From Meiothermus sp. (GTDB taxonomy: Bacteria; Deinococcota; Deinococci; Deinococcales; Thermaceae): a DNA stretch of 40,853 bases. A program made the translations under genes and the position numbers. Position 1 is the first letter of the stretch. Every line of letters begins with the position of its first letter. Location: the NCBI GenBank assembly GCA_033762915.1, contig JANRLD010000074.1, positions 1-40,853 of the forward strand. Direction: 5' to 3'. Below are positions 29,401 through 37,401 of this stretch, piece after piece. The notes beneath the pieces were generated by a model. It saw nothing but the letters and a program-made list of their open reading frames with translations, ran no database searches and was not told where the DNA came from.

Positions 29401-29512
29401 GCTCGAGCGGATGACCCACCAAGACCCCAGCCGCCCCGCCCCAAGGCCCCCCAACCTCCTCGAGCTGTGGCGCGACTGGTACGCGGTGAGCGCCGAGGTC
29501 ACAGGATCCTGA
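26432..29512 (+). CDS. Zinc ribbon + class III adenylate cyclase + STAND-type ATPase + TPR-like helical repeats
   Basis: CPKC..CVRC; FFDLSRFT, DKFFGDG, TVLG.AINLSQRL; Walker A GAMGVGKS; Walker B VVLEDLH; SGGFPL; Ala/Leu-rich helical C-terminus. Confidence 0.88.
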   Translation: MVCPKCRYTNAPDEENCVRCGTPLMPGGSFVQERRWVSAVFFDLSRFTEYALAHPLEDTWQAVNTALQSASNHVRAFGGHIDKFFGDGFLAVFGVPRSQESDARAALEAARLMVGSSPLPSRAGVASGLVLRTPLGGGLAGDQTVLGPAINLSQRLSGAAPPGVVWTDNVTVRLLPTGRFEALPAQPLKGYAEPLIPFRYEGLRSGPLEVVGREAELEVLRLALAAAVRGEGRRVVLHGAMGVGKSYLAQHFVATLPAGARGLVAPRLTTGVALRYALRQGLQDLLPEGLARLRGLELPDPLREVLNFSIGIDENPGMSTDELNSLLVETWWQVLARLGREAPLVVVLEDLHNADPTVLEFTRRKAPDGVVLVLVARQNRWGQEGDLVPLLLQPLPLEQTQRLILQVRPDLGPATSLHLSEASGGFPLAVQALGLTASGEPEPIPLYQPRLDTLPRLARIALQAAAVLGPSSPPELVRHLIGQEADLARLVGDGFLEADEQGMLRFVIPWLREATLGQVAGQQVQQWHLQAARWYQRQERLAEAAVHLEAAGEMASAYRMWRVIAQQLWNEERFAEAVGGYLEALRLAEGNVRHSAALEAAEAHLMLGRYQEALDLASLPLESTDLPAGLSQRVWAVRLEAALELGVSELGDLPEGLEPTEPRLRLALAQKVSGTEARVLLSNMPPNLEGAALLVRAIGLLNMGNAAQAQALSQLYLDEHFGNPALRFKAQMLAADSLWRQFKLHDALQTLAERPGPSLPSAHTADFEAALARLRLELGEYPEAKARLGAALEQVADAPPPVKERVGVVYLRYLIEVGEIPEAIRFGESLVALAPTPRLLAHLALAYALSPGDLSRQMLARLLRGLEDNPDLEIRALCELASGIGLLENPLEAAPHLREAQRLARQAQHPSFFFYSLLLLGLSQQGRNPKKALAAAQYLLSQTAGRGFKVQNALARLLRAHLLMDEGRDPLTLLEFETAMPFARYWRLRLLERMTHQDPSRPAPRPPNLLELWRDWYAVSAEVTGS

Positions 29513-29770
29513 ATTACACCCAGGGCACCACGAGACCGGCGAGATAAGTCCACGGGTTTCTGCTTCACGTCCAGTTCTTTCCTCGACCCAAACCCCTCAA
29601 GCGTCCAAAAAGTGGGTTGGCTTTGAAGTCGAGGGAAGTTTGGTCGCTTCAGTGAGAACCCGATAGCCTAAGGCAGGCGATTATCCCAATGGCCCCGTGC
29701 CAAGCACTGGATAAACCCTCCTAATTCGTACTCTCATCTGAAAAGTCCGGGGCGGTGATTTACTGGTTTG

Positions 29771-31018
29771 GTGAGACGACCCTTACTGCTGTCCGCCGCG
29801 CTGATTGCCGCCAACCTCGCCGCTGCCCAGGAAGCCTTCGTGTACAGCGGCTTTGCCGAGTTGCGTCAGCCGCAGAATTTGCCGCAAAACACCTGGGTGT
29901 GGCAGCCAGGAGAGCGCCTATTCGGTAGCCTGGTGCCGGGCACCCTGCGCCTTCTGGGTGTCACCGAGCAGTCGCGGCAGCTCTATCAGGCCGAGGCTGC
30001 CAACCCGCTGGCGGCTTACCTCAACAAACCCCTTCAGTTCTACTGGGAGGGCCAGTGGCGCAGCGCTACCCTGGTGCAGCTCGAGCCCCCCCTCTACCGC
30101 TACGAAGACCGCTTTCTTCCCCAGTTGCCCGGACTGGTCAGCTACCCCGATGTGCAGGGCTTCAAGGCCCCCCCCGGTCCGCGCATACAGTTTCGCTATC
30201 AGGGCGGCGGCGCTGGCACCCTAGCCTACCTGACCCGGGGCATCAGCTGGAACCTGCGCTACAGCCTGGAAGTCGCCCAGGGGGCTCAGAGTGTGGAGCT
30301 GACTGGCTGGGCCACCCTTAGCAACGCGTTGGGGGTACCGGTACGGCTAGGCCGCACCGAGCTGATCGCGGGATCGGTTCCGCTGCTGGAGGGTGGCATG
30401 AACGTGCCGACCGCCCAGCCCCAGGTGCGGATGCTTCAGCAGGCTGCCCCCGCCGCGATGGCCGACGCCGCTGAGTTCGTGGGCGAGGCCAGTGGAACCT
30501 ACCGTTACCGCCTGCCAGGGGAAGTCAACCTCGAGCCTGGTCAGACAGAACTGCCATTCATCCGGACCCAGGTTCGGCCCGTCTACACCTGGCGCTACCA
30601 GGGCGGCTTCAACACCGCCAGGGAGCTGAGCTTTAACCGGGGCTACCGCTTCCCCGCCCCAGAGAATCTGGCCGCCGGTGTGGTCTCCATCCGCGATCAG
30701 GGGGTGTTCGTGGGTCAAGCCCAGGTGGGCGACACGGCCAAGAACAATAGCGTATTCCTCTCCCTCGGCCCCGACCCCGAAGGCCGGGCCACCCGGCAAG
30801 TCGAGCAGCCTGGTCAGAACCGCTTCCGTGTGACCACCACGGTTCGCAACACCAAGCCCTACCCGGTTGAGGTCGAAGTCTTCGAGTACCTGCCTCAGCC
30901 ATTCATGCTCGAGGGCGAGGGCCTCGAGCGCCTGCCCGAGGGCTACCGGATTCGCTTCGCCCTTCAGCCGGCTCAGAGCCGGTCCTACACGTATAGCTTT
31001 ACAGTTCAGCAGCGGTAG
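29771..31018 (+). CDS. Secreted DUF4139-like protein
   Basis: Signal peptide (...AAA-QE), VYSGFAELR, LAYLTRGISW..RY.L, LTGWATLSN, LIAG. Start at GTG 29771 or TTG 29768. Confidence 0.72.
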   Translation: MRRPLLLSAALIAANLAAAQEAFVYSGFAELRQPQNLPQNTWVWQPGERLFGSLVPGTLRLLGVTEQSRQLYQAEAANPLAAYLNKPLQFYWEGQWRSATLVQLEPPLYRYEDRFLPQLPGLVSYPDVQGFKAPPGPRIQFRYQGGGAGTLAYLTRGISWNLRYSLEVAQGAQSVELTGWATLSNALGVPVRLGRTELIAGSVPLLEGGMNVPTAQPQVRMLQQAAPAAMADAAEFVGEASGTYRYRLPGEVNLEPGQTELPFIRTQVRPVYTWRYQGGFNTARELSFNRGYRFPAPENLAAGVVSIRDQGVFVGQAQVGDTAKNNSVFLSLGPDPEGRATRQVEQPGQNRFRVTTTVRNTKPYPVEVEVFEYLPQPFMLEGEGLERLPEGYRIRFALQPAQSRSYTYSFTVQQR

Positions 31019-31147
31019 TTTGCGCTGAGGTTTGGCGCATTCATCCAAGTTTGGCTTGAAGGGCATTCACTTCTTGAGACGTGCAGCCGTATCTCAAAAC
31101 GCACGCTGCTAGGTCGATTTCGGTGTGTGTCTAAAAGTTAAGGCCTG

Positions 31148-31358
31148 GAGCGCTTGCCACGCATACTCCCTACACGGATTTTTTGCTTTAATGCGGTTTC
31201 CACGAACACTGGGTACGGCGATTGTTGCCTTGCAGTGTGCAATTGTCTGCTTTAGCACACACTTTAGCCCAGCATCGTGGGCGGAGTATTGGCGGGAATC
31301 GCCATAGGGAGTTACCTGCTGCCGCGAGGGAAGAAATGGTGGGAACTGCGTTGGTCAC
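31148..31358. repeat. Dispersed structured repeat, copy 2, with an internal hairpin insertion of about 80 nt
   Basis: Colinear blocks shared with 4791-4902; the insert is bounded by CCACGAACACTGGG / CCCAGCATCGTGG. Confidence 0.7.
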
Positions 31359-31738
31359 CCAAAACTACACTCAAAATGTAGGGTCATTCGCAATACTCCA
31401 CGCTCAGCCCGTTGGTCGAAAACGGTTCGTTCGCAGACGGGGTACGGGAGTTATGCCTTGCTGGAAACGGATACCCGTCGACAGCTTTTGGCATGAAACG
31501 CTCTAACCTTTTCAATGCCACACAGCAGTTGGCCGGTTTCCTCGAGGCCGGGCACCTTCACTTGTGGTTCGGGGAACCGCAACACCTGTGCCGCACAGCG
31601 CCAGGTCGGACGCGAGTGCTGTACCTGGGGAATGCTCCCATACAGTCCGGCCGAGTTACGCAATCCCACTTTATGCTCGGGATCAGGTTTTGCTTGGCCG
31701 TTGTGGCGACGTCAAATCCGCAAACAACCCGAAGTGTC

Positions 31739-32959
31739 TCACCGACGAATCTGGGTATTGGGTCTGAAAGCGGCCTGAGCGAACCACAAGGGGGTGTCGT
31801 GGGCTAGGGTTTCCAGCCGTTTGCCCCTCAAGGCCCCATCAGTGGCTTGGCCCAGGATGTTCCAGCGGCTGTTGGTCTCCTGATCGACCCAACTCCCGGC
31901 TTCGAACCGGAAGCTTAGGGTTCGGCCCTCGAGTCGCCGGCTGAACACCCCCACCGCCCCCACATCCCTGGCCTGCTCAAAGCTGTTGGCGTCCAGGGCA
32001 CTGCGGGTGCCGGCCGCCCACCAGACCGCTACCTCCAGGCCGCCCAGCTGGTCGTTGACGGCCTGCCTTTGAGCAATAAGCGAGAACGGGTAGGCGACCG
32101 ATTGCTGGCCCACCTCGAGAGCCACCACGCGCTCCTTGGGCTGAAGCCGCGTGTCGATGTTACCTAGGTACAGCAGCGGCGGCTCGTCGGGTCGGTCGTA
32201 GCCGAAGTAGGGGTTTTGCGCGTAGGCCCGCGTAAACCCGGTCTCGGTGGAGAGTACCTGCCCGCCGGGGAAGGCCCGGCTGAAGGCCGCGAAGCTAACC
32301 ACCTGAGAAGGAATCCGCAACAGGCGGGTGTTGCTCAAGGCCCCTACGGCGCCCTCTCCGGTCATCTGGGCGAAAACGCTACCGGTGGCCGAATCGAAGA
32401 TCAGCGGGTTGGCTCGGTAAAGCATCCCCGAGGTGCCGAAGCTGACCTCGAGTCCCCAGTTCGGGGCGGGCTGGCCGGTCTGGGCGCTGTACGCGGCCTT
32501 GAAAGCGGGGTCTAGGGCTGCCACGCTGGCCCTCGGATCGAGCCGCAACACCGCCTCGCGCTCGGCGTCGCTCAGCGCGACCCTGCGGTCGTATACCGCC
32601 GCGCTGTTGCACAGCGGACTGTAGGTGACGATCAGGGTGCCGTCGTTCACGACCTCGTGCCAGCGGAGGATTCGCAGCGGATAGGCTTTGCTCCCCACCA
32701 CCACCACCGGCTCCTCGGGTGACAGCAGGCGGGCATCGGCCAAGGCGACGAACTTTGGGGCCGCGGTGGCCGTGATGCGGCCGTTGCGGTCGCCGGTGAA
32801 GCCCAGCGCGGGGACGCCCTGCGGGGGTGGGCCAGCACTGATAATCTGCTCGAGGGCAATTCGGGCCTTAGAAACGTCGGTTCCCAGGTAGGGAAAGTTT
32901 GACTCCGCCAGAGAAGAAACCGTGCACAGGAGCGAAAGGATGACGACGAGCTTTTTCAT
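31739..32959 (-). CDS. Secreted DUF3179-family protein
   Basis: IISAGPPPQGVPAL, KAYPLRILRWHEVVND, TYSPLCNSA, FGTSGMLY, VLSTETGFTR.Y..NPY, KERV, D.ETNSRWNILG.A..G.L.G..L, WFA..AF.P.T. Confidence 0.85.
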   Translation of the reverse strand: MKKLVVILSLLCTVSSLAESNFPYLGTDVSKARIALEQIISAGPPPQGVPALGFTGDRNGRITATAAPKFVALADARLLSPEEPVVVVGSKAYPLRILRWHEVVNDGTLIVTYSPLCNSAAVYDRRVALSDAEREAVLRLDPRASVAALDPAFKAAYSAQTGQPAPNWGLEVSFGTSGMLYRANPLIFDSATGSVFAQMTGEGAVGALSNTRLLRIPSQVVSFAAFSRAFPGGQVLSTETGFTRAYAQNPYFGYDRPDEPPLLYLGNIDTRLQPKERVVALEVGQQSVAYPFSLIAQRQAVNDQLGGLEVAVWWAAGTRSALDANSFEQARDVGAVGVFSRRLEGRTLSFRFEAGSWVDQETNSRWNILGQATDGALRGKRLETLAHDTPLWFAQAAFRPNTQIRR

Positions 32960-32968
32960 GGCTCCCTC

Positions 32969-33511
32969 TTACTTCGACTCGCAGATCTCGCGCCCCGGCA
33001 GGGCACAGCGGCTAAACTGCACCTGACCCGTGGATGCAAACTTTTTGAGCAGATCCATCGAGATGACCAGGTCGGTCTTTACCGCTTCCTGGTGGCAGGC
33101 CAGACAATTGCCGGGCATTTCGACCACCACCGACTCGGGCTTGCCGTCCAGAAGATAGGCCCCGAAGCCCCAGACCCGCAACCCCTCTCCGGGCTGAAGT
33201 TTGGTGACCACGTGGAGCTGGTTCTCCTCCTTGCTGCGGCTGATTTTGCCGTCGGTGTCAAAGTTGATGCCGCTGAACGTCTCGATCGCGATGACGGTTC
33301 CGACGGGCAGCGGTAGCCCTTGCTGGATGGCCTCGAGTCCGCGCTTGGAGATGTAGAGGTCGCGGGACTTTTTGTCCACGCGGTCCACCACCGCGTACTT
33401 TATAAGGGTCTGGCGGAAGTTCTGTGGAAAGGGGATCATAGGGTTGGGGCCGGCTGCCATTACCACCGCCAGCAGGGCCACACCGAGACTGATAACACCG
33501 AACTTTTTTAT
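32969..33511 (-). CDS. Cytochrome P460 / c'-beta family protein with probable ATA start codon
   Basis: LP.GTVIAIE, WGFGAY, C-terminal CLACH followed by DLV. In-frame ATA AAA AAG TTC lies 6 nt after AGGAGGT and gives signal peptide (M)KKFGVISLGVALLAVVMAA. Confidence 0.78.
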   Translation of the reverse strand: MKKFGVISLGVALLAVVMAAGPNPMIPFPQNFRQTLIKYAVVDRVDKKSRDLYISKRGLEAIQQGLPLPVGTVIAIETFSGINFDTDGKISRSKEENQLHVVTKLQPGEGLRVWGFGAYLLDGKPESVVVEMPGNCLACHQEAVKTDLVISMDLLKKFASTGQVQFSRCALPGREICESK

Positions 33512-33605
33512 AGTCCCACCTCCTAAGGCGCACCGTCGGATTGGTGACGGGCAAGCCGAAACAAACGCCCAACCACGCCATAGCCAATCCGGCCGTACGC
33601 CGCCA

Positions 33606-34496
33606 TTACCGTCTCCTCATTCGCACCATACTGTAGGTTGCCAGGGCCGTCGTAAACACCGGAAGAATTGCCACCACCGCGAGGCTGAGGGCGGGGGGCA
33701 GCTGCTGGAAGTGCAACGTGACGCCGCGCAGCACGTCCAGGAAGTAGGTGATCGGGTTGAGGTAGACCAGGGTCTGGAGCCACCAGGGCAACTGCACCAC
33801 CCAGCCACCCCCGATGGCGTTGATGCCCAAGCGGTTGAGCTCATCGCGGATGTGGTCGGGAATCTCTAAAAAGCCCACGCCGCCGATGATGCCCTTGAGC
33901 GGGAAGATTGAGCCGGAGAGGAAGTAGAGCGGTTGGATCACCCCGTTGGAGATGCTGCCAAAGCCTTCGAAGGTGGCCATCCTCGAGGCCAGAAACACCC
34001 CAAACCCCGTCACCGCCAGTCCCATCAAGGCCATCACCAGCCAGGCCAGAAGCAACGAGGCGGGGGTCAGACTGACCCCGATGAGGGGTGCGAACAAGAG
34101 AGGAACCGTTCCCTGCAGGACCGCAATGGTGGCCCCGCCCAGCAGTTTGCCCAGCGCTACCGAGAACACCGGGGCGGGGGAGACCAGCACTTCGCGCAGA
34201 ATCCCCACTTCCCGGTCCCAGACCAGCGAGATGGCCACTTGCAGCGCCGCGAACAGGATGTTGAGTGTCACCACCCCCGGCAGGATGTACTGCGCATAGG
34301 TGTAGCCCTCGATGTCGCGAAATGAGGCCCCCAGCCCAAAGCCCAGGATCACCAGCCAGAGAATGGTGCGCGAGAACGCCCCGAACACCTGAGATCGATC
34401 GCGCAGATAGCGCAGCATCTCCCGCCGCCAGAAGACCCGAACCACGGCAATCTCGAGGGCCGGGCGGGCGGGAAGCGAAGTGGAGGGGAGTGTCAT
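33606..34496 (-). CDS. ABC-2 type permease (PedC-like)
   Basis: Y.QYILPG, DREVGILREVLVSP, GKLLGG, FLSGSIFP, LNPITY..D.LR. Start at ATG 34496. Confidence 0.88.
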   Translation of the reverse strand: MTLPSTSLPARPALEIAVVRVFWRREMLRYLRDRSQVFGAFSRTILWLVILGFGLGASFRDIEGYTYAQYILPGVVTLNILFAALQVAISLVWDREVGILREVLVSPAPVFSVALGKLLGGATIAVLQGTVPLLFAPLIGVSLTPASLLLAWLVMALMGLAVTGFGVFLASRMATFEGFGSISNGVIQPLYFLSGSIFPLKGIIGGVGFLEIPDHIRDELNRLGINAIGGGWVVQLPWWLQTLVYLNPITYFLDVLRGVTLHFQQLPPALSLAVVAILPVFTTALATYSMVRMRRR

Positions 34497-34590
34497 GGGT
34501 TTAACCTTGAGATCTATCGTAGTGGAGAGGAGGTGCAGACTTCGGAAAACTCGGCCATTCAACCTACCTTGGGACTTTCACCCCGCTGGC

Positions 34591-35403
34591 TCACTTGGTG
34601 TATTCTCCGCCCCGCTTGGCGAAGCTCAGCATGCGGTCCCTGGGCTTGGCCTCCTCGTCGCGGAGTTGGCGGCCGGTCAGTTGGATGAACACTTCCTCGA
34701 GGCTCCCCCTCTCGCTGCCCAGTACCTGCTGCTTGAGTGCCGCAGGAGTGTCGAGCGCGATTAGCTTGCCTCGGTCCATAATCCCCACCCGGTCACAGGC
34801 CTCGGCCTCTTGCAGGTAGTGGGTCGTCATAAATACCGTCAGGCCCCCGTTGCGCAGGCCCTGTACGCGTTCCCAGAGGTGAATCCGGCCTTGGGGGTCG
34901 AGTCCCAGTGTCGGCTCGTCGAGGAAGAGCAGTTTGGGTGTGTGCATGAGCGAGCGGGCCAGCTCGAGCCGGCGCTTCATCCCGCCGGAGAACGTGCGCA
35001 ACGGGCGCTTGGCGACCCCGGCGAGGTCGCTCCACTCCAGGGCCTGGGCGATGGCCTGCCGGGTTTGGGCGGCTCCCAGGCCGTAGAGCACCGCGTGGAT
35101 CTCGAGGTTCTCGCTCGCGGTGAGGCGCTCGTCGAGGGCGGGTTCCTGAAATACCACCCCAATACAGGCACGTACCTGGGCGGCCTGGGTGGCCACGTCG
35201 AAGCCCGCGACCTTGGCGCTACCGGAGGTGGGCCGGGTCATGGTGGTGAACATGTGCAGGCTGGTGGACTTGCCCGCCCCGTTCGGGCCGAGCAAGGCAA
35301 ATAGCTCGCCTTGGCCGACGCTCAGCTCCAGGCCTTCAACCGCCACGGTTTCGCCGTATCGGCAGCCGAGGTCGTGGCACTCCAATACTGCTGGCACGCT
35401 CAC
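34591..35403 (-). CDS. ABC transporter ATP-binding protein (PedB-like)
   Basis: GPNGAGKST, FSGGMKRR, LFLDEPT, TTHY. GTG 35403 overlaps the upstream stop (GTGA). Confidence 0.92.
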   Translation of the reverse strand: MSVPAVLECHDLGCRYGETVAVEGLELSVGQGELFALLGPNGAGKSTSLHMFTTMTRPTSGSAKVAGFDVATQAAQVRACIGVVFQEPALDERLTASENLEIHAVLYGLGAAQTRQAIAQALEWSDLAGVAKRPLRTFSGGMKRRLELARSLMHTPKLLFLDEPTLGLDPQGRIHLWERVQGLRNGGLTVFMTTHYLQEAEACDRVGIMDRGKLIALDTPAALKQQVLGSERGSLEEVFIQLTGRQLRDEEAKPRDRMLSFAKRGGEYTK

Positions 35404-36380
35404 CTCAGGGGTTCTCCGGCCTGTGCCAAAAGGCCAGGCAGCTTGCCGCACAGCTCGTCGGAAGTCTCGCGCTCGGCAAATTTCTCGGCGAGTTCCTCCA
35501 TGGCCTCGGCCAACGGGGTGTGGGCCTGCGGTGCGAGGGTTTGCACGGTGGCGGCGAGGTGCTGTTCGTAGAGTACGTTGGCGGCTGAAGCCCACTCCAA
35601 GGCCAAGCCCCACTGCCCGCTTTCTGTGGCCCGGCAGGCCTGCGCGGCGTTGACCCGCGTGAGCGCAAAGGCCCGGCCCAGGTCTTGGAGCAGCAGCGGC
35701 TTTCCGGCGGCCTGCTCGAGCCCGTATGCCGCGTCCAGTGCGGCCTGCTCGGCGTCCTCGGGGTCGCTGTAGCGCTCGGGCGGCTCGGGACTGGCGATCA
35801 GCTTGCCCAAGCGGGCCAGTGCGTCGTCGGACTTCTGCCGACCCTCGCCGTTGGCAAGCCTGGGGCGAAGCTGCCGCCACAGCAGGTTCACCCGCTGCAA
35901 GCCCGCCCAGGCCAGGGGGTAGGCCTCCTCCTCGCCCTGCGCGGCCTCTTCGTAGGCCTCGGCCACGCCCTCCTCGAGGTTGAGCAGCTGGGCCAGTAGT
36001 GCGGCCTGAAAAGCGGGGTCCTGGCGGGTCTGCCGGGGTATCAGGGTACGCTGGGTCTGGTCAAGGAGCCAGCGCACCCGGCGGTTAAGCCTCGCAGAAC
36101 TCCGGCCTTTCTCGGCCAGGTCTTGGGCCTGGGTCAGTGCGGCCTCGAGTTTACCGGCCAGGCTTGAGTCGGCCTTTTGTAGGCTGCCCAGGAACAGCCG
36201 GCTTTTTTCCCGCATGGCCTCGGCTACTTCGTCCTCTGGCTCAGCCACCAGCGCGGCCATCTGAATCCGTACCATCTCGGTGAAGCGGGCCACGCGGAGG
36301 CTGACCGACTGCTCGTAGGCCACCTGAGCCTGTGCGCCCAGCAGGCTGAACAGCACCAGGGTCAGCAACAGCCCCCTCAC
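35400..36380 (-). CDS. Secreted, acidic, helical protein of unknown function
   Basis: Signal peptide ending AQA; Ala/Glu/Leu/Gln-rich; GTGA overlaps with both neighbours. Confidence 0.8.
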   Translation of the reverse strand: MRGLLLTLVLFSLLGAQAQVAYEQSVSLRVARFTEMVRIQMAALVAEPEDEVAEAMREKSRLFLGSLQKADSSLAGKLEAALTQAQDLAEKGRSSARLNRRVRWLLDQTQRTLIPRQTRQDPAFQAALLAQLLNLEEGVAEAYEEAAQGEEEAYPLAWAGLQRVNLLWRQLRPRLANGEGRQKSDDALARLGKLIASPEPPERYSDPEDAEQAALDAAYGLEQAAGKPLLLQDLGRAFALTRVNAAQACRATESGQWGLALEWASAANVLYEQHLAATVQTLAPQAHTPLAEAMEELAEKFAERETSDELCGKLPGLLAQAGEPLR

Positions 36381-37393
36381 CGCACCACCCCAATCACCAC
36401 CGAGTGCGGCCCACGCCCGACTGCGATCTTCTTGACCACGCTCAAGCTGTTGGAATCAATCACGCTAACGCTGTCGGAGAGGCCATCGGCGGTGTAGACC
36501 TTTTTGCCATCCGGGGTCACGGTCACCCCCCACGGACGGCGGCCCATGCGTTCTTTGATCTGCTTGATCAGACGGTTGGACTGGGTGTCGATTACATAGA
36601 TGGTACTGGTTCCGCCGCCGGCCACGAACAGCCGCTTGCCGTCCGGCGAGACTGCCAGCTCCACGATGCGCGAGTCTAGGCCCAAGGCAATGGTTTGGAT
36701 CACCCGGTGTTGGGCGGTGTCCACTACCGCCACCGAGCCGCCAATTTCCGCCGACACATATGCCCGTTTGCCGTCAGGTGAGAAGGCCACGTCGCGGGGG
36801 CGGTTGCCCACCAGGAAGTGCCGGATCAGCTTGAGGCTCTGAGGGTCAATGGCGGTGACGGTATGGCTGGTCTCGCCGGTAATGTAAACCACTTTACCGT
36901 CTGGGCTTACCTTTACCCCTTCGGGTTCAACCCCAGTTGAGAAGTCGGCGAGGATCTTCTGGGTGGTCAGGTCGAAGCCCGTTCCTTTGGCGGCGTTTTC
37001 GTTGGAGGCCCAGAGCTGCTTACCATCGGGCGAGACTGCCACCCGCTCGGGGTTGGTGCCGATGCGATACTCGGCCACCACCTTGTTGGAGGCCACATCG
37101 ATTGCCACGATCTTGTCCTCGGGGGTCTCGAGCTTGGGCAGAAAGTCGCTCACCGCCACATAGATGGTTTTGCCATCCGGGCTGACTGCCATCCCTCTGG
37201 GGCGCACCTCGCCGGGGCGACCCGAGATGGTAATGGTGCCAATTACCGCATCTCTGGCCACATCAATAACGGTGATGCTGGCCCCGTACTCATTGGAAAC
37301 GTATGCGCGGTAACTGACCGCGCTTTGAGTCAGGCTCACTGCGGTTAGGGCCAGCAGTCCGATCAGGGTCAGTACAAAGACAATCCTTCGCAT
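36377..37393 (-). CDS. YVTN beta-propeller protein associated with PQQ dehydrogenase systems (PedA2-like)
   Basis: Seven repeats of P.G..VSPDGK..YV...; AYVSNE; signal peptide; AGGAGGAG RBS before ATG 37393. Confidence 0.88.
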   Translation of the reverse strand: MRRIVFVLTLIGLLALTAVSLTQSAVSYRAYVSNEYGASITVIDVARDAVIGTITISGRPGEVRPRGMAVSPDGKTIYVAVSDFLPKLETPEDKIVAIDVASNKVVAEYRIGTNPERVAVSPDGKQLWASNENAAKGTGFDLTTQKILADFSTGVEPEGVKVSPDGKVVYITGETSHTVTAIDPQSLKLIRHFLVGNRPRDVAFSPDGKRAYVSAEIGGSVAVVDTAQHRVIQTIALGLDSRIVELAVSPDGKRLFVAGGGTSTIYVIDTQSNRLIKQIKERMGRRPWGVTVTPDGKKVYTADGLSDSVSVIDSNSLSVVKKIAVGRGPHSVVIGVVR

Positions 37394-37401
37394 ACTCCTC
37401 C

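Noticed and set aside
26432..29512. STAND cyclase as an anti-phage (Avs/Pycsar-like) system
   Set aside because: No effector gene or defence-island context; neighbours are housekeeping or conserved hypothetical genes.
31019..31738. Possible CRISPR array or small genes in the long intergenic region
   Set aside because: No regularly spaced identical repeats; the short ORFs lack motifs, RBS and typical codon usage.
35404..35880. Long N-terminal extension of the ABC ATPase (and similar extensions at 38698-38952, 14488-14739, 7235-7336)
   Set aside because: They overlap neighbouring genes or intergenic DNA; downstream starts have RBS, stop-codon coupling or signal peptides.
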